The notes below the pieces were generated by a model that ran no database searches, was not told the DNA's origin, and saw nothing but the letters and a program-made list of their open reading frames with translations. Below, one piece after another: positions 45,098-54,646 of a DNA stretch of 54,675 bases (its first letter is position 1; each line of letters starts with the position of its first letter). The stretch is from Sphingomonas sp. Its GTDB lineage: Bacteria > Pseudomonadota > Alphaproteobacteria > Sphingomonadales > Sphingomonadaceae. The stretch spans positions 1 to 54,675 of the forward strand of contig JANPKL010000064.1 in NCBI GenBank assembly GCA_031425975.1. The letters are read 5' to 3'. The position numbers were made by a program, and so were the translations under genes.

Positions 45098-45898
45098 TCA
45101 AATATCGTCCCCCATCAGGGTCAGCAGGTCACGCCAGGCCAGCGCCTTGTCCGCGGGGCGCTCGATCAGCTGGCGTGGGTGGAAAGTGACGACGGCGGGG
45201 ATCCCGCCGATCCGGTGCAGCCGGCCGCGCGCCTGGGCCAGCGGCTGGCCGATCAGCAGCCGCGCGGGCGCATCGCCAAGCAGCAGCAGGCGCCTGGGCG
45301 CGGCGAGCGCAATCTGCGCCAGCATCGTGTCGCGGCAAGCCTCGGTCTCGCCCGGCGTAAAGCGCGTCCCGGTGCCCGAAAAACAGGTCGAGGCAGCGAC
45401 ATAGGCCGCATCTGGCGCAATCCCGATCGCCGCCAACATCCGGGTCGCCAGCCGCCAGGCCGCGCCCCCGATCGGCTTGCCCTCGGCCACATCCTCGGGC
45501 GCGGGGATGCCGGTCAGCAGCATCACTTCTGCATCGCGCGGGCCATGCGGCAAGGCGCGCGCGGCACCGGCGCGGAACAGGGGCAAATCGGACGATTGCG
45601 CGAGCCACTCGTGAAAAGCCTCGAAACTGTCGGGCCGGGGCCTCTTTTGCTCCCCTCCTGATAACGGGAGCGGCGTGATCTGCTCCCCTCCCGCCTGCGG
45701 GAGGGGCTGGGGGTGGGCCTGCGAAGCGAGAACATCGCCCGCACGATCCGGCCCTTCCACCGACCGCCGAACCGCAACCTTGCGCCAGTCGCGCGCCTCC
45801 TCGGCCACCGGCACGTCGACCCCGGCCTCGAGCCACCAGCCGAGCAGCGCCGCGGCATCCTTCCGGCTGAGCCCGTTCACATCCACCGCCTGCACCAT
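45098..45898 (-). CDS. Uracil-DNA-glycosylase family-4-like protein (degenerate)
   Basis: LGWWLEAGVD N-terminus, LLLLGD and TFHPRQL..P.DKALAWRDL. Lacks the GE.PG motif and the N-terminal Cys cluster. Confidence 0.8.
   Translation of the reverse strand: MVQAVDVNGLSRKDAAALLGWWLEAGVDVPVAEEARDWRKVAVRRSVEGPDRAGDVLASQAHPQPLPQAGGEQITPLPLSGGEQKRPRPDSFEAFHEWLAQSSDLPLFRAGAARALPHGPRDAEVMLLTGIPAPEDVAEGKPIGGAAWRLATRMLAAIGIAPDAAYVAASTCFSGTGTRFTPGETEACRDTMLAQIALAAPRRLLLLGDAPARLLIGQPLAQARGRLHRIGGIPAVVTFHPRQLIERPADKALAWRDLLTLMGDDI
45648..45718. repeat. Tandem REP-like hairpins inside the UDG-like CDS
   Basis: TGCTCCCCTCC occurs twice. CCCCTCCCGC-CT-GCGGGAGGGG..GGGGTGGGC is nearly identical to intergenic 54611..54646. 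Confidence 0.8.
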
Positions 45899-45988
45899 CG
45901 CGCCCCAGCATAGGCCTTGTGGCCATTGACGGAAGGGGCCTCCACCGCCAATCCGCTTGGACACGAAAACGAGGACTGCAAGGCAGCG

Positions 45989-47641
45989 ATGAGCGACCGG
46001 GAATCGATGGAATATGACGTCGTGATCGTCGGCGCGGGGCCTGCGGGCCTGAGCGCCGCGATCCGCCTCAAGCAACTGGCCGCCGAGCAAGGCCGTGAAA
46101 TCGGCGTCTGCGTGCTCGAAAAAGGCTCGGAAGTCGGCGCGCACATCCTGTCCGGCGCGGTGATCGACCCCAAGAGCCTCGACGAATTGCTGCCCGACTG
46201 GCGCGAGGACGACAGCTGCTTGCTCGCCCGCGTGCCGGTCACCGACAACCAGCATTGGGTGCTGACCAAGAAGGGCAAATATCGCCTGCCGCACCTGATG
46301 ATGCCGGGCTTCCTCGACAATAAGGGCACCTTCACCGGCAGCCTCGCCAACCTCTGCCGCTGGCTCGCGGGCAAGGCCGAAGAGCTTGGCGTCGAGATCT
46401 TTCCCGGCTTCCCCGCCGCCGAAATCCTTTACGACGACAAAGGCGCGGTGAAGGGCGTCGCGACCGGCGCGATGGGCGTGGCCCGCGACGGCAGCCACAA
46501 GGGGGACTATCAGCCGGGCATGGAATTGCATGCGCGCTACACCTTCTTCGCCGAGGGCGCGCGGGGCCATCTGACCAAGCAATTGAAGGCGAAATACGAC
46601 CTCGAGGCGGAGTGCAGCCCGCAGGTCTATGGCCTCGGCATCAAGGAATTGTGGGACATCGATCCCGCCAAGCACGTTCCCGGCACCGTCATCCACACGC
46701 AGGGCTGGCCGCTCGACGAAGCCTGGGGCGGGGGCTGGATCTACCATCAGGACAATCACCAGCTGTCGATCGGCTTCGTGGTCGCCTTGAATTACAAAAA
46801 CCCGCATCTCTCGCCGTTCGACGAAATGCAGCGCTGGAAGCAGCATCCCGCGATCCGGCCCCTGCTCGAGGGCGGGCGGCGCGTGTCCTATGGCGCGCGC
46901 GCGATCAACGAGGGCGGCTGGCAGTCGATTCCCAAGCTCGCCTTCCCGGGCGGCGCGCTGATCGGGTGCTCGGCGGGCTTCGTCAACGTGCCCCGCATCA
47001 AGGGCACCCACACCGCGATGAAGTCGGGCATGCTCGCCGCCGATGCGGCCTTTGCGGCAGTCGCAGCCGAACGCCGCGCCGATGTTCTCACCGATTATGA
47101 GCCATCGGTCAGAAACGGTTGGATCGGCGAGGAACTGCGCATGGTCAAGAATGCCGAACCGGCGGTAGCCAAACTCGGCGCGACGATCGGGACGCTCGTC
47201 GCCGGCACGGACATGTGGCTGCGGCATCTGGGCGTGAAATTGCCGTTCGAGATGAAGCACCATCCCGACCACGAGACCTTGTGGCGGCGCGATATCGCAC
47301 CGCCGATCGACTATCCGCGTCCCGACGGGGTGATCAGCTTCGACAAATTGTCTAGCGTATTCCTCTCGAACACCAACCATGAAGAAGACCAGCCGGTCCA
47401 CCTTCAGCTCAAGGATCCGTCGATTCCGACCCGGGTCAATCTGCCCGACTATGACGGACCCGAGCAGCGTTACTGCCCGGCGGGGGTCTATGAATATGTG
47501 ATCGAGGCGGGGGCGCCGCGGCTTCAGATCAACGCCCAGAATTGCGTCCACTGCAAGACTTGCGACATCAAGGATCCGTGCCAGAACATCAACTGGGTGA
47601 CCCCGGAGGGTGGCGGTGGCCCCAATTATCCGAACATGTAG
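45989..47641 (+). CDS. Electron transfer flavoprotein-ubiquinone oxidoreductase
   Basis: DVVIVGAGPAGL, GAHILSG, KGTHTAMKSG, CPAGVYE and NCVHCKTCDIKDP. Confidence 0.97.
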   Translation: MSDRESMEYDVVIVGAGPAGLSAAIRLKQLAAEQGREIGVCVLEKGSEVGAHILSGAVIDPKSLDELLPDWREDDSCLLARVPVTDNQHWVLTKKGKYRLPHLMMPGFLDNKGTFTGSLANLCRWLAGKAEELGVEIFPGFPAAEILYDDKGAVKGVATGAMGVARDGSHKGDYQPGMELHARYTFFAEGARGHLTKQLKAKYDLEAECSPQVYGLGIKELWDIDPAKHVPGTVIHTQGWPLDEAWGGGWIYHQDNHQLSIGFVVALNYKNPHLSPFDEMQRWKQHPAIRPLLEGGRRVSYGARAINEGGWQSIPKLAFPGGALIGCSAGFVNVPRIKGTHTAMKSGMLAADAAFAAVAAERRADVLTDYEPSVRNGWIGEELRMVKNAEPAVAKLGATIGTLVAGTDMWLRHLGVKLPFEMKHHPDHETLWRRDIAPPIDYPRPDGVISFDKLSSVFLSNTNHEEDQPVHLQLKDPSIPTRVNLPDYDGPEQRYCPAGVYEYVIEAGAPRLQINAQNCVHCKTCDIKDPCQNINWVTPEGGGGPNYPNM

Positions 47642-49268
47642 TCTGATTGCGGCGGCAGCGCTGGTGCTCGTCCCGGCGAGCGTCGACGCCTCGGTCATCC
47701 GCTCGGGCGCGAGCACCTTCGTCGCGGCGCGTGCGGCGGCCAATGCCGGGGACGCCAGGCGGGCTGCGATCCTCTACGCCAGCCTCGCCATGGCTGACCC
47801 CAATGACCGGGTGGTCGCCAATCGCGCCCTCGCGCAGGCGATCCTGGCGGGCGACATGCGGCTCGCGCTGCGGCTGGCGCGGGCGCGGCCCCCGGCAGGG
47901 CTTGCCGCCGACGCCCGGCTGCTGATGATCGCCGACGATTTGAAGGCGGGCAGGCTCCGCTCGGTAAGCAAGGCCGGGCTGCCGACCGAACTCCTCTTCC
48001 TCGCACCCTTTCTCGAGGCCTGGAGCAAAGCCGATCACGGCGATTGGCGCGGTTCGGTCGCCTTGCTGGACAAGGTTCCGGCCGACAGCCCGCTGGCGGT
48101 GCAAGTGCCGGAGCAGAAGGTGTTAATCCTCCTGGGCGCCGGACGGATCGCCGAGGCCCGGCCCCTGATCGCCTCGTCCCTGACTAGCGCCGGTGGCCGC
48201 GCCGACCGCTTGCGGATCGCTTTTGCGTCGGCCCTCGCGCGGTCTGGGGACCGAGCGGCCGCGGCCGTGCTGCTTCAGGGCCGGGACGTGACCTTGCGAA
48301 CTGCGGCTGACCGCCTTGCTACCGAGAGCCGCCCGGTCATGACCATCGCGACCCCAGCCCAGCGCTTCGCCGAGACGCTTGCCGGCCTCGCCATCGCGCT
48401 CAATGCCGGCGAAGAGACCTCGCTCCCGCTGGCGCTGGCGCAGGTCGCGCGCTTCGCCGATCCGGGCAACGACCAGGCGGCGGTCCTGCTTGGCCTGCTG
48501 CTCGGTCGCGCCCGCCGCAGCGACGATGCGCTGGCCGTGCTCCGCGCCGTCCCCGACCATGCCGATTTCGCCAGCGAGGCGCATGACGCCGAGATCCGCG
48601 TGTTGCTTCAGGATCAGCGCCGCGACGAAGCGCTCGCCCGCGCTTCGGCTTTCGCTGCCGGCGCTATGGTCACTGCCGACGACTGGAGCCGGCTGGGCGA
48701 CGTGTATGACGCGATGGCACGGCACGGCGAAGCCGCCGAAGCCTTCGCCCACGCGATCGCCCTGGTCGAGCGTGGTGGCCCGGGTTCGGAATTGTGGAGC
48801 TTGCAATTGATGCGCGGTTCCGCGCTCGAACAGGCCGGTCGCTGGGCCGAGGGCGAAAAGGCGCTGGAAGCGGCGCATGCGCTCGCCCCCGACAATCCCC
48901 TTGTGCTCAACTATCTCGGCTATGCCCGGCTCGAGCGCGGCGAGCAGCTCGACGAGGCCGAAGCCCTTATCGCCGAGGCCAGTCGCCGCGCCCCCGACGA
49001 CGCCTCGATCACCGACTCGCTCGGCTGGGCGCAATATAAGCGCGGCAAGTTCGGCGAAGCGATTGCCACTCTCGAACGCGCCGCTGCGGCCGATCCCGGC
49101 CAAGCCGAGATCCACGAGCATCTCGGCGACGCGCTCTATGCCGCGGGGCGCAAATATGAGGCGCGATTCGCCTGGAGCGCGGCGCTGGTCGCGGCCGAGG
49201 ACGAGGTCCGCATACGAGTCGAGGCCAAGCTCGCGAGCGGGCTGAGCAAGGCCTCTGCCGCGCCGTGA
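47610..49268 (+). CDS. Periplasmic TPR-repeat protein
   Basis: Signal-like N-terminus, LNYLGY, DSLGW and EHLGDA TPR motifs; lies between ETF-QO and ispE. Start uncertain. Confidence 0.85.
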   Translation: MAVAPIIRTCSLIAAAALVLVPASVDASVIRSGASTFVAARAAANAGDARRAAILYASLAMADPNDRVVANRALAQAILAGDMRLALRLARARPPAGLAADARLLMIADDLKAGRLRSVSKAGLPTELLFLAPFLEAWSKADHGDWRGSVALLDKVPADSPLAVQVPEQKVLILLGAGRIAEARPLIASSLTSAGGRADRLRIAFASALARSGDRAAAAVLLQGRDVTLRTAADRLATESRPVMTIATPAQRFAETLAGLAIALNAGEETSLPLALAQVARFADPGNDQAAVLLGLLLGRARRSDDALAVLRAVPDHADFASEAHDAEIRVLLQDQRRDEALARASAFAAGAMVTADDWSRLGDVYDAMARHGEAAEAFAHAIALVERGGPGSELWSLQLMRGSALEQAGRWAEGEKALEAAHALAPDNPLVLNYLGYARLERGEQLDEAEALIAEASRRAPDDASITDSLGWAQYKRGKFGEAIATLERAAAADPGQAEIHEHLGDALYAAGRKYEARFAWSAALVAAEDEVRIRVEAKLASGLSKASAAP

Positions 49269-50080
49269 CCGAGGTCCCGCCGTCGGTCGAAATCGCACCG
49301 GCCAAGCTCAATCTTGCGCTGCATGTGCGCGGCCGTCGCGCCGACGGGCGGCACGAGCTCGAGACCCTGTTCGCCTTCTGCACCGATGGCGACCGCCTGA
49401 CCGCCGAGCCGGCCGACGATCTGTCGTTGACCGTCACCGGCCCGTTTGCGGCGATGCTCGACGATGGGCCGGCCAATCTCGTCACCCGCGCGGCAAGCGC
49501 GCTGGCCGCCGAGGCGCGGATCGGCAAGGGCGTCCGCCTGACCCTCGACAAGCGCCTCCCGGTGGCTGCGGGCATCGGCGGCGGATCGGCCGATGCGGGC
49601 GCGGCGCTTCGGCTGCTGACCGGCCTGTGGGGCTGCGACCCCGCGCATGCCGCGCGCATCGCCCCGACGCTCGGCGCCGACGTGCCTGCCTGCCTGCTCA
49701 GCCTGACCGCACGCGGCACCGGGGCCGGGGACGAGCTGGTGCTGGAGGACGCGGGCGTGTCGGATGTGCCCGCTCTGCTGGTCAATCCGCGCATTCCATT
49801 GTCGACCGGCACGGTGTTCGCGCGCTGGGACGGCGTCGATGGCGGCCCGCTCGGCGACTGGCGCAACGGGCGCAACGACCTCGAGGCCCCGGCGCGCGCG
49901 CTCGTGCCCGAGATCGGCGCGCTGCTCGATTGGCTTGCAACCCGCGACGGGGTGACGATCGCGCGCATGTCGGGCTCGGGCGCGACCTGCTTTGCCCTGT
50001 TTGGCGACGAGCAGGCGCGCGACCGGGCCGCGGCGGTCTGCCCCGGCAAATGGTGGCACCTTGCCACCTTCCTGCGATGA
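49265..50080 (+). CDS. ispE: 4-diphosphocytidyl-2-C-methyl-D-erythritol kinase
   Basis: APAKLNLAL, PVAAGIGGGSAD, GADVP and MSGSG. Confidence 0.96.
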   Translation: MTEVPPSVEIAPAKLNLALHVRGRRADGRHELETLFAFCTDGDRLTAEPADDLSLTVTGPFAAMLDDGPANLVTRAASALAAEARIGKGVRLTLDKRLPVAAGIGGGSADAGAALRLLTGLWGCDPAHAARIAPTLGADVPACLLSLTARGTGAGDELVLEDAGVSDVPALLVNPRIPLSTGTVFARWDGVDGGPLGDWRNGRNDLEAPARALVPEIGALLDWLATRDGVTIARMSGSGATCFALFGDEQARDRAAAVCPGKWWHLATFLR

Positions 50081-51399
50081 CCCGCCCGATCCTTACCGCC
50101 GCCGCGATGCGCACCGCGGAGGAGACCGCCAACTGCGGACTCGACATCTTGATGGAGCGGGCCGGGGCCGCGCTGGCCGAAGCCGCGCTGCGCTTCGCCG
50201 GACCGTTGCCAACGCTGATCCTGTGCGGGCCGGGCAATAATGGCGGCGACGGCTATGTCGCGGCGCGGATACTCGCCGCGGCCGGGGTCGACGTGCGGGT
50301 CGCAGCGCTGGCCACGCCCTCGACCGACCTGGCGACCGCGGCGCGGCAGTCATGGAACGGCGCGGTCGAGCATTATGAGGAAGCCAAGCCCGCGGCCCTG
50401 CTGATCGATTGCCTGTTCGGAACGGGCCTCAGGCGCGGCCTCGAACTAACGGTGGCGGAACGGCTTTTGGCCCTGGCTTCCCAATCCCGGCTCAGTATTG
50501 CCGCCGATTTGCCGAGCGGAGTCGAGGCCGACAGCGGCGCCTTGCTCTCACCCGTCCCGACCCATGATCTGACAGTGGCGTTGGGTGCGCTCAAGCCCGC
50601 GCATCGGCTGATGCCGGCGATGCCGCATGTCGGGCGACTGGTGCTGGCCGACCTCGGAATCGAAACAGACACCGCCTGGACCGAACTCGACCAGCCGATC
50701 TTTCCCGTCATTGCGCCCGGCGCGCACAAATATTCGCGCGGGCTCGTTCATGCCTTGGCCGGCACCATGCCCGGTGCGATCACGCTCGCCGCCAATGCCG
50801 CCGCGCGGAGCGGTGCGGGGATGGTCCGGGTCTCGACTGCGCGGGGCCTGAATGGCCTGTATCGCAGCATCGTCGAGGTCGGCGACGCGCAGCTCAATGA
50901 TCGGCGCATCGGCTGCATTCTGGTCGGGCCCGGCATGGGCGATCTGCCGCAATTGCTGACGCTGGCCCTGACCTCCAAGGCGCCCAAGGTGATCGACGCC
51001 GACGCCCTGCGCCAAGTCGGCGAGCCCGATCGACTGCAACGCCAGGATGCGATCGTCACCCCGCATGAGGGCGAATTTCGCGCATTGTTCGGCGACTTGC
51101 CCGGCACCAAGCCCGAACGTGCGCTCGCCGCCGCTCGGCAAAGCGGTGCGGTGGTGGTGTTCAAGGGCCCCGACACCCTGGTCGCCGCTCCCGACGGGCG
51201 AATGGGCTTCGCGCCACCGGCACCGGCCTGGCTGGCAAGCGCGGGCACCGGCGACGTCCTTGCGGGGATGATCGCGGCCCTGCGGGCGAGGGGGATGACG
51301 GCATATGACGCGGCCTGCGCCGGGGTCTGGCTGCACGGCCGCGCCGCCGAGCGGGCGGGGCCGGGCATGACCGCCGACGATCTGCTGGCCGCGCTGTGA
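50077..51399 (+). CDS. nnr: Bifunctional NAD(P)HX epimerase/dehydratase
   Basis: LMERAG, GPGNNGGDG, HKYSRG, TPHEGEF and AGTGDVLAG. Confidence 0.93.
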   Translation: MTRPILTAAAMRTAEETANCGLDILMERAGAALAEAALRFAGPLPTLILCGPGNNGGDGYVAARILAAAGVDVRVAALATPSTDLATAARQSWNGAVEHYEEAKPAALLIDCLFGTGLRRGLELTVAERLLALASQSRLSIAADLPSGVEADSGALLSPVPTHDLTVALGALKPAHRLMPAMPHVGRLVLADLGIETDTAWTELDQPIFPVIAPGAHKYSRGLVHALAGTMPGAITLAANAAARSGAGMVRVSTARGLNGLYRSIVEVGDAQLNDRRIGCILVGPGMGDLPQLLTLALTSKAPKVIDADALRQVGEPDRLQRQDAIVTPHEGEFRALFGDLPGTKPERALAAARQSGAVVVFKGPDTLVAAPDGRMGFAPPAPAWLASAGTGDVLAGMIAALRARGMTAYDAACAGVWLHGRAAERAGPGMTADDLLAAL

Positions 51400-52568
51400 G
51401 CGCACCGATCGTCCGCATCGCCGCACGCGGGGAGGGGGTCACAGCGGACGGCCGCCACGCCGCCTTTGCAGCGCCCGGCGACCTTCTGGCCGAGGACGGC
51501 ACCGTTACGCCCGGTCCGCACCACCAGCTGCCGCCATGCCGCCACTTTCCGATCTGCGGCGGCTGCCAGCTGCAGCATGTCGACGATGCCGCCTATCGCG
51601 ACTATCTCGTCGACCGCGTCGCCGGCGCATTGGCGCAGCACGGGATCGAGACCGAGATACGCTCGCCGCACCTCTCGCCGCCGCGCAGTCGCCGGAGGGC
51701 GGCGCTGCGAGCGCTGAAGACCGGTGGGCGGGTCCAGATCGGATTCAACGCGGCCAAGTCCAACCAGATCGTCGATCTTGCCGAATGCCATGTACTGCGG
51801 CCCGAATTATTCGCCCTTCTGGCTCCGCTGCGCCGCCTGCTCGGCCAGTTGCTGCCGCAAAAGCGCACCGCCGAAATTCAGCTGACCCTCGCCGACCGGG
51901 GCGTCGACCTGTGGCTCAGGGGGGTCAAGGCCGAGGGCTATGAGGCGGCGCAGGGGCTGGTCGATTTTGCCGAGCAGCATGGCCTGGCGCGGCTGTCGCT
52001 CGACGAAGGCCTTGGCCCCGAGGTGCGCTGGGAGCCGCAGCCGGCCACCATCACCCTGTCGGGTCGCCCGGTGCCACTGCCGATCGGTGCCTTCCTCCAG
52101 GCGACGGAGGATGGCGAGGGGGTACTGGTCGCGGCGATGCTCGAAGCGGTCGGAGATCCCACCCGCAGCGCCGATCTGTTCGCGGGCATCGGGACTTTCG
52201 CGCTGGCGCTGCCGGGCAGGGTGCTGGGGGCCGAGGCGAGCCGCGACGCGGTCCTCGCCCTGAAACGCGCCGCGCCGCTGATCGCGACCGAGCATCGCGA
52301 CCTCTATCGACGCCCGCTGATGACGCCCGAGCTCGATGGGCTCGACGCCGTGGTGCTCGACCCGCCGCGCTCGGGCGCCGAGGCGCAAATCGAGCAGCTG
52401 GCCGCCTCGACCGTGCCGCGCATCGCCTATGTCAGCTGCAATCCGGCAACTTTCGCCAAGGACGCCGCGACGCTGGTGGCGGGCGGCTACACGCTGTCAT
52501 GGGTGCGCCCGGTGGGCCAGTTCCGCTGGTCCACGCACATCGAATTGGCCGCCGCCTTCCGTCGCTAA
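51396..52568 (+). CDS. rlmD: RNA (uracil-5)-methyltransferase, RlmD/RumA family
   Basis: C.HF..CGGCQLQH, FLQ, DLFAGIG, LDPPRSG and YVSCNP. Confidence 0.85.
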   Translation: MSAPIVRIAARGEGVTADGRHAAFAAPGDLLAEDGTVTPGPHHQLPPCRHFPICGGCQLQHVDDAAYRDYLVDRVAGALAQHGIETEIRSPHLSPPRSRRRAALRALKTGGRVQIGFNAAKSNQIVDLAECHVLRPELFALLAPLRRLLGQLLPQKRTAEIQLTLADRGVDLWLRGVKAEGYEAAQGLVDFAEQHGLARLSLDEGLGPEVRWEPQPATITLSGRPVPLPIGAFLQATEDGEGVLVAAMLEAVGDPTRSADLFAGIGTFALALPGRVLGAEASRDAVLALKRAAPLIATEHRDLYRRPLMTPELDGLDAVVLDPPRSGAEAQIEQLAASTVPRIAYVSCNPATFAKDAATLVAGGYTLSWVRPVGQFRWSTHIELAAAFRR

Positions 52569-52996
52569 CGCCAGAGATAGAGCCCGGCGTGAACGGTCAG
52601 GCTGGCGAGTGCGAGGGTCGAGAGCAGGAATAACGGAAAGCGGATGCGCAGGTCGTTGTTGAAGATCTGCACCAGGCTGTGGACGATGCGCAGGATGACA
52701 TAAGCCCAGGCCAGCCAGACGTTAATCTGGTGGTTGAAGCCCATCAACACCAGCGCGACGACGATCGCGTAGAACAACGTCGGCTGTTCCATCAGATGGG
52801 TGTAATTATGCGCCGGCCAATTGGCCCTGGGATCGAGGCGCCCCTCCAGGTCCTGGCCCCGCCCGCCGCTCTTGTAATCGACCTTCATCCCCGCGCGCTT
52901 GACCGCCCGTCCGCGCACGAACGCCAGATAAAAAAGGACGAGGATCGACCAGGCAACGAGTGCGACGATCGGTCCGAGCAGGGGCGATGGGGGCAT
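52565..52996 (-). CDS. MAPEG family membrane protein
   Basis: HNYTHLMEQPTLFY and AWAYV.LRIVHS; four hydrophobic segments. Confidence 0.85.
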   Translation of the reverse strand: MPPSPLLGPIVALVAWSILVLFYLAFVRGRAVKRAGMKVDYKSGGRGQDLEGRLDPRANWPAHNYTHLMEQPTLFYAIVVALVLMGFNHQINVWLAWAYVILRIVHSLVQIFNNDLRIRFPLFLLSTLALASLTVHAGLYLWR

Positions 52997-53007
52997 GGAG
53001 GGGATCC

Positions 53008-53436
53008 TTAAAGAACTTGGCAGAAGGCAATGAAGACCAGCCCGGCGAGCATTAGGCTGGCGGCAAAGAAGGCGGCGAAGCGGAAGCGAATGATGTTGAC
53101 GGTCACCTGGATCAGGCTGTGGACGATGCGAAAGCCGACATAGGCCCAGGCCAGCCAAGTCGCGGCGGGCGACGTGCATTGGGTGACGATCAGGAGCAGG
53201 CAGACCGCGTAGAACAGCACCGGCTGCTCGAGCAGGTGATTGTAATTATGCGCCTTCCACTGGACCTGCGGCGGGAGTGTGTCGTCGAGATTGCGCCCGG
53301 TCGTGCCGCGCATCGTCTTGATGTCGAAACCCGCGCGGATCATCGCCGGGATGCGCGTCGCATACATCCAGAAGAAGATGACGATCGTCCAGCCGAGAAG
53401 GACGGCGACCGGCAGTGCCAGTGGATATTCGGTCAT
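53008..53436 (-). CDS. MAPEG family membrane protein (paralog)
   Basis: HNYNHLLEQPVLFY and AWAYVGFRIVHS. Confidence 0.85.
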   Translation of the reverse strand: MTEYPLALPVAVLLGWTIVIFFWMYATRIPAMIRAGFDIKTMRGTTGRNLDDTLPPQVQWKAHNYNHLLEQPVLFYAVCLLLIVTQCTSPAATWLAWAYVGFRIVHSLIQVTVNIIRFRFAAFFAASLMLAGLVFIAFCQVL

Positions 53437-53442
53437 GAAAAA

Positions 53443-53477
53443 ACCCTCCCCCGAGGTTAGGCGGGAGAGGGTAGGGG
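53443..53477. repeat. Family-A-like hairpin / possible terminator after the DHS-like gene
   Basis: ACCCTCCCCCG...CGGGAGAGGGT, followed by a T run on the minus strand. Confidence 0.5.
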
Positions 53478-53530
53478 ATTGGTTCGGGAGTGCAACCATT
53501 CGTTACCCGGCGAAAGCCAGGGCGCAGTCT

Positions 53531-54586
53531 CTAATCGAAGAGCTTGGCGAACTGGCGCTTGGCGCGGGTCTTCCAGTGGCCGCGGTGATAGGCGTCCGAC
53601 GCCAGCAGCGGCAGCACCGAGGTCGCCTCGGCGAACACCATCTGCTCGAGCGCGGTCGAGACCTTGCCCCAACTGGCGGCTTCCTGCAGCGTCGAGCTCG
53701 AGCAGGCGCCGTCGCGGACGTCGGCGACCGTGATCTGCACCGCATATTTGTGCACCTCGACATCCTCGTGGCCCAGGATCTCCGCGCAGACGACGGTGTC
53801 CTGCGTGAAATTCTTGGGCACGCCGCCGCCGATCATCAGCAGCCCGGTGGTGCCGGCCTTGATCTTGATGTCGGTCAGCTCGCGGAAGTCGGCGATCGAG
53901 TCCATTGTCATGTAGCGCCGTCCGGCCTTCATCGCATCGACCTGATGCTTGACCAGCCCGAAGCCCGCCGAGCTGTCGGTGAACGCCGGGCAGAAGATCG
54001 GCACATCATGCTCATAGGCGAGCTTGACCAGGCTGTTGTCCTTTTTGCCGTTCTCCATCAGCCACTTGCCCATCTCCTTGATGAACTCGCGCGAGGAATA
54101 GGGCCGCGGCTCCAGCGTGTCGGCGATCTTGCCGACGGTGAAGTCGGTGTCCTGCAGCTGGATCTCGTCGATATAGGTATCGTAGATCCGGTCGATGTAG
54201 AGCGAGCGCAACGTGTCGTCGTCGGGGATTTCGAGCGCCTGATAATGTTTGTGGCCGAGCGCCTCGAAGAAATCCATGTCGACGATGGCGGCGCCGGTGG
54301 CGACGATCGCGTCGACCATGTTGGAGCGGACCATCTCGGCATAGAGGTCCATGCAGCCGCCGGCCGAGGTCGATCCGGCGATTACCAGGATCACCGAACA
54401 GTCGGGGTCGGCCAGCATCTGATTGTAGAGATCGGTGGCGCGGGCGAGGTCGCGGCTGGTGAAGCTCATCTTGCCCATCGCCTCGACGATCGGGCGCGCA
54501 TCGAAGCTGGTGATGTCGATATGCTCGACGGTGGAGGAGAGCAGCTCCGCCTTGCGGGTGTCGTTGATCTTGGTGTCGGTATTCAT
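53531..54586 (-). CDS. Deoxyhypusine-synthase-like enzyme (homospermidine pathway, SpeY/1,9-bis(guanidino)-5-aza-nonane synthase type)
   Basis: IDRIYD, PIFCPAFTDSS, IGGGVPKNF, DGACSSSTLQEAASWGK (catalytic Lys) and EAT..LPL. GGAG RBS. Confidence 0.9.
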   Translation of the reverse strand: MNTDTKINDTRKAELLSSTVEHIDITSFDARPIVEAMGKMSFTSRDLARATDLYNQMLADPDCSVILVIAGSTSAGGCMDLYAEMVRSNMVDAIVATGAAIVDMDFFEALGHKHYQALEIPDDDTLRSLYIDRIYDTYIDEIQLQDTDFTVGKIADTLEPRPYSSREFIKEMGKWLMENGKKDNSLVKLAYEHDVPIFCPAFTDSSAGFGLVKHQVDAMKAGRRYMTMDSIADFRELTDIKIKAGTTGLLMIGGGVPKNFTQDTVVCAEILGHEDVEVHKYAVQITVADVRDGACSSSTLQEAASWGKVSTALEQMVFAEATSVLPLLASDAYHRGHWKTRAKRQFAKLFD

Positions 54587-54610
54587 GTGGTGCTCCAATT
54601 GCTCCGAGCG

Positions 54611-54646
54611 TCCCCCTCCCGCTTGCGGGAGGGGTAAGGGGTGGGC
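54611..54646. repeat. REP-like hairpin (same as the intragenic copy at 45681-45718)
   Basis: CCCCTCCCGC-TT-GCGGGAGGGG-TAAGGGGTGGGC. Confidence 0.75.

Noticed and set aside
45899-47743. Apparent 881-aa ORF extending the UDG-like gene
   Set aside because: The upstream 615 codons are the antisense shadow of ETF-QO; only the part from about 45898 looks like a real protein.
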